A stretch of DNA of 56,844 bases from Bacteroidales bacterium (lineage in GTDB: Bacteria > Bacteroidota > Bacteroidia > Bacteroidales > M50B96), in assembly GCA_041584015.1 (NCBI GenBank), contig JBFHES010000002.1, positions 1-56,844 of the forward strand, given 5' to 3'. Shown here in pieces: positions 54,860 to 56,844 of this stretch. The translations under genes were made by a program, and so were the position numbers. The stretch's first letter is position 1, and each line of letters starts with the position of its first letter. Below the pieces are notes generated by a model, which did not search any database, had not been told where the DNA came from, and was given only the letters and a program-made list of their open reading frames with translations.

Positions 54860-55897
54860 ATGTACGGATTAGCAAAACTCTTGACTCAGGAAAGAGAAAA
54901 ACTTGAAAGAATAATAACACTAATTGTAAAGTTGTTGATTACAATGTACATTATCAATGTTTTATTTAATGATGAAATAAAGCTTTTTGAATTGATATCT
55001 AACAAGAGTCTTGCTGAATTTAAAATTTCAGGATTAATAACTTCCATCTTTTATCTTGTAGTCACATGGTTTGTAGTATGGAATATCCTTGTTGAATTGA
55101 TTCTTTTCCAAATTGTGATTGGAGCGATTGCAAAGATAGGAAAGGATGAAGATTCATTTAGATATGTACTATTATTATTAGGAGTGATGAATAAGAATTC
55201 GAAACCTAGTAAAAATGTCCATAGTTTTAGTCATACATTGAATAAGTTTGATGGTACTCATGAAATAGATATAACCGAAGAAGTTGGAAGAATTAAGGAT
55301 ATTACATCGATCCTTATAATTTATTTTATACTCTCCATGTTAGTCCCTGAGTTGGTTATGCCTGTTTGGTTGAGCTGGATTATTGGAATTGTCATACTAA
55401 ATATGATTTTTACGGATATCATAATTCAGAAGGGACAAAAGTTTTTTAATGAAAACTATTTTAAAATAAGAAATCAGATTAATGCAATGTCATATTATAA
55501 GACAGTTTTTGATGGAATTAATGACTGCTTTTCGGTAAATAAATATTATTCCGTTACTGACATTCTTTCTACAATTCAACTTTTTAGGATGTTTGATAAA
55601 TTTGAAGTTCCAAAATCAATCAAAGTAATCCCATTGTATTTTGAAAATAAAGAACAGTTGGAATGGCATTTTACAATGAAAAAAATGACTGGTCAAGGAA
55701 ATACTTCAATTGATAAGAATTCTAAGATTACTGTTTTTGTGAGTAATCTTGAATCAAATACCTCAATCAAGAAAAAAATTAAAGCAAATTCTAATTTTGC
55801 ATTCCTTCTTTGCAAAAATCAAAATGATGTCAAAACAAATATTGAGATATTATTAAGCCAGTTAGAACTATCTAATCAAGTAGAAACTAAGTCATGA
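54860..55897 (+). CDS. Polytopic membrane protein with a soluble C-terminal domain, unknown function
   Basis: 345 aa with about 4-5 TM segments in the first 190 aa. It starts 11 nt after the previous gene and is very AT-rich. Confidence 0.45.
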   Translation: MYGLAKLLTQEREKLERIITLIVKLLITMYIINVLFNDEIKLFELISNKSLAEFKISGLITSIFYLVVTWFVVWNILVELILFQIVIGAIAKIGKDEDSFRYVLLLLGVMNKNSKPSKNVHSFSHTLNKFDGTHEIDITEEVGRIKDITSILIIYFILSMLVPELVMPVWLSWIIGIVILNMIFTDIIIQKGQKFFNENYFKIRNQINAMSYYKTVFDGINDCFSVNKYYSVTDILSTIQLFRMFDKFEVPKSIKVIPLYFENKEQLEWHFTMKKMTGQGNTSIDKNSKITVFVSNLESNTSIKKKIKANSNFAFLLCKNQNDVKTNIEILLSQLELSNQVETKS

Positions 55898-56173
55898 GAT
55901 TTATAGGAAAACATATTGGGGAATTATTATTACTTGGGAATATATTTACAGTTCTGAGTACATGATATTGAATTAGATTCTCCCAATTTTAGGAATCACA
56001 AATACATCTATATATTCATTTAAACTTGCTTAAGAACTAGATATCCCTTTCCTTTCAAATATTCAATACAATTAGATTCATTCATTTCTGGTCTATAATT
56101 ACACGCTACTATTTTTGTCAAATCAAAGTCGGGATGGTGCTCATGAATCTTTGTCATTAGCAATCTAATTGCA

Positions 56174-56844
56174 TGCGCCGGACAATTTTGACCCCCTTCG
56201 CCGACCTTAACTGACCCCCCTCTCGCCGCTTTTAACTGACCCCACCTTGGAGCGTGATTTTTATGACAAGATCACCGTTTTAAGTAGGACTTTCATTCTT
56301 ATGGTTAAGCAGTTGAATCTGACTTACTTAGAGTTATTATTGAAATAATTCTAAAAATGTCAAAAAACTTAATCATTATGAGTAAAGTACGTAAAATCAT
56401 TGAACTCTATCAGAGTAGAAGAGGAAAGAAAACCATTTCAAAAAGATTAAACATTCCATTATCCACGGTGCGCCGATATACCAGGTATTTTCTGGCATCA
56501 GGTAAAAGCCATGACGATATCCGTGCAATGAGTGATACCGACCTTGAAAACATGTTTATCAGGATGGGTAACCGAAGTAAGCTAGAAGACAATCCAAAGT
56601 ATCAAAAGGCCATGGATTTTTTTCCAAAGATGGAACGGGAACTGAAGAAAGTTGGAATGACCAAAGAAATGCAGTGGCGTAAATACCTGGAATCTAATCC
56701 AGATGGATATCAACGAAGTCAGTTCAATAATTATTACTTAAGTTGGTACAGATCCAAGCACCCTATTGGTATTATTGAGCACAAAGCAGGAGACAAGATG
56801 TATGTGGATTATACTGGAAAGAAGCTGCATATTGTCCATCCTGA
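56174..56844 (+). mobile_element. IS21-family insertion sequence, left end (continues beyond the window)
   Basis: There are three direct copies of a CTGACCCC-type terminal motif (56189-56196, 56211-56220, 56237-45), as in the multi-repeat ends of IS21. An istA-like ORF follows. The exact terminus is uncertain. Confidence 0.65.
56357..56844 (+). CDS. istA: IS21-family transposase IstA, N-terminal part (truncated by the window edge)
   Basis: The open frame from ATG 56357 (or 56378) to the window end reads MSKVRKIIELYQSRRGKKTISKRLNIPLSTVRRYTRYF...KAGDKMYVDYTGKKLHIVHP. The HTH followed by the start of the DDE region is typical of IstA. Confidence 0.75.
   Translation, partial: MSKNLIIMSKVRKIIELYQSRRGKKTISKRLNIPLSTVRRYTRYFLASGKSHDDIRAMSDTDLENMFIRMGNRSKLEDNPKYQKAMDFFPKMERELKKVGMTKEMQWRKYLESNPDGYQRSQFNNYYLSWYRSKHPIGIIEHKAGDKMYVDYTGKKLHIVHP

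Overview
This AT-rich window looks Bacteroidota-like. The evidence is a T9SS C-terminal sorting domain, TAnnTTTG -7 promoter motifs, a BT4734/VirE-type primase, and Rhs proteins with signal peptides. It is almost entirely accessory DNA, in five blocks. (1) 1-8.4 kb holds a GPP34-like gene, a candidate structured RNA, and a 1221-aa HNH/helical-repeat/PIN protein. Next to it is a mobile-element remnant: an excisionase-like HTH, a VirE/VapE primase-helicase, and an 870-bp non-coding stretch with about 9 copies of a GAGTAAC motif. (2) 8.5-19.7 kb is a tightly packed minus-strand cluster encoding a complete T2SS/type-IV-filament machine: secretin, GspE-type ATPase, GspF platform, GspL/M/C-like proteins, one major and three minor pseudopilins, and a short prepilin peptidase. 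(3) 19.8-34.5 kb, on the same strand directly upstream, encodes a Skp/OmpH chaperone, a lipoprotein, a 1971-aa SpvB/TcB-like protein, a 150-aa secreted protein, a 1950-aa Rhs/YD toxin with a Cys-His C-terminal domain, and a coupled lipoprotein that is probably the immunity protein. A T9SS-sorted beta-propeller protein follows on the plus strand. (4) 36.1-54.2 kb is a virus-like element. It has a RecA/RadA-like ATPase, an SNF2 helicase, a RadC/JAB protein, an N6-adenine methyltransferase, a lysis cassette, and about 10 kb of small beta-rich and membrane proteins. No terminase, portal, HK97-type capsid or tail genes are recognisable. (5) 54.4-56.8 kb holds two membrane-protein genes and the left end of an IS21-family element that runs off the window. 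The most interesting leads are the non-tailed virus-like element with its post-stop-codon heptamer arrays, the T2SS-class machine linked to the Sec-dependent Rhs/TcB-like toxins, and the HNH-PIN giant protein. All functional calls come from motif recognition by eye; no database search was run.
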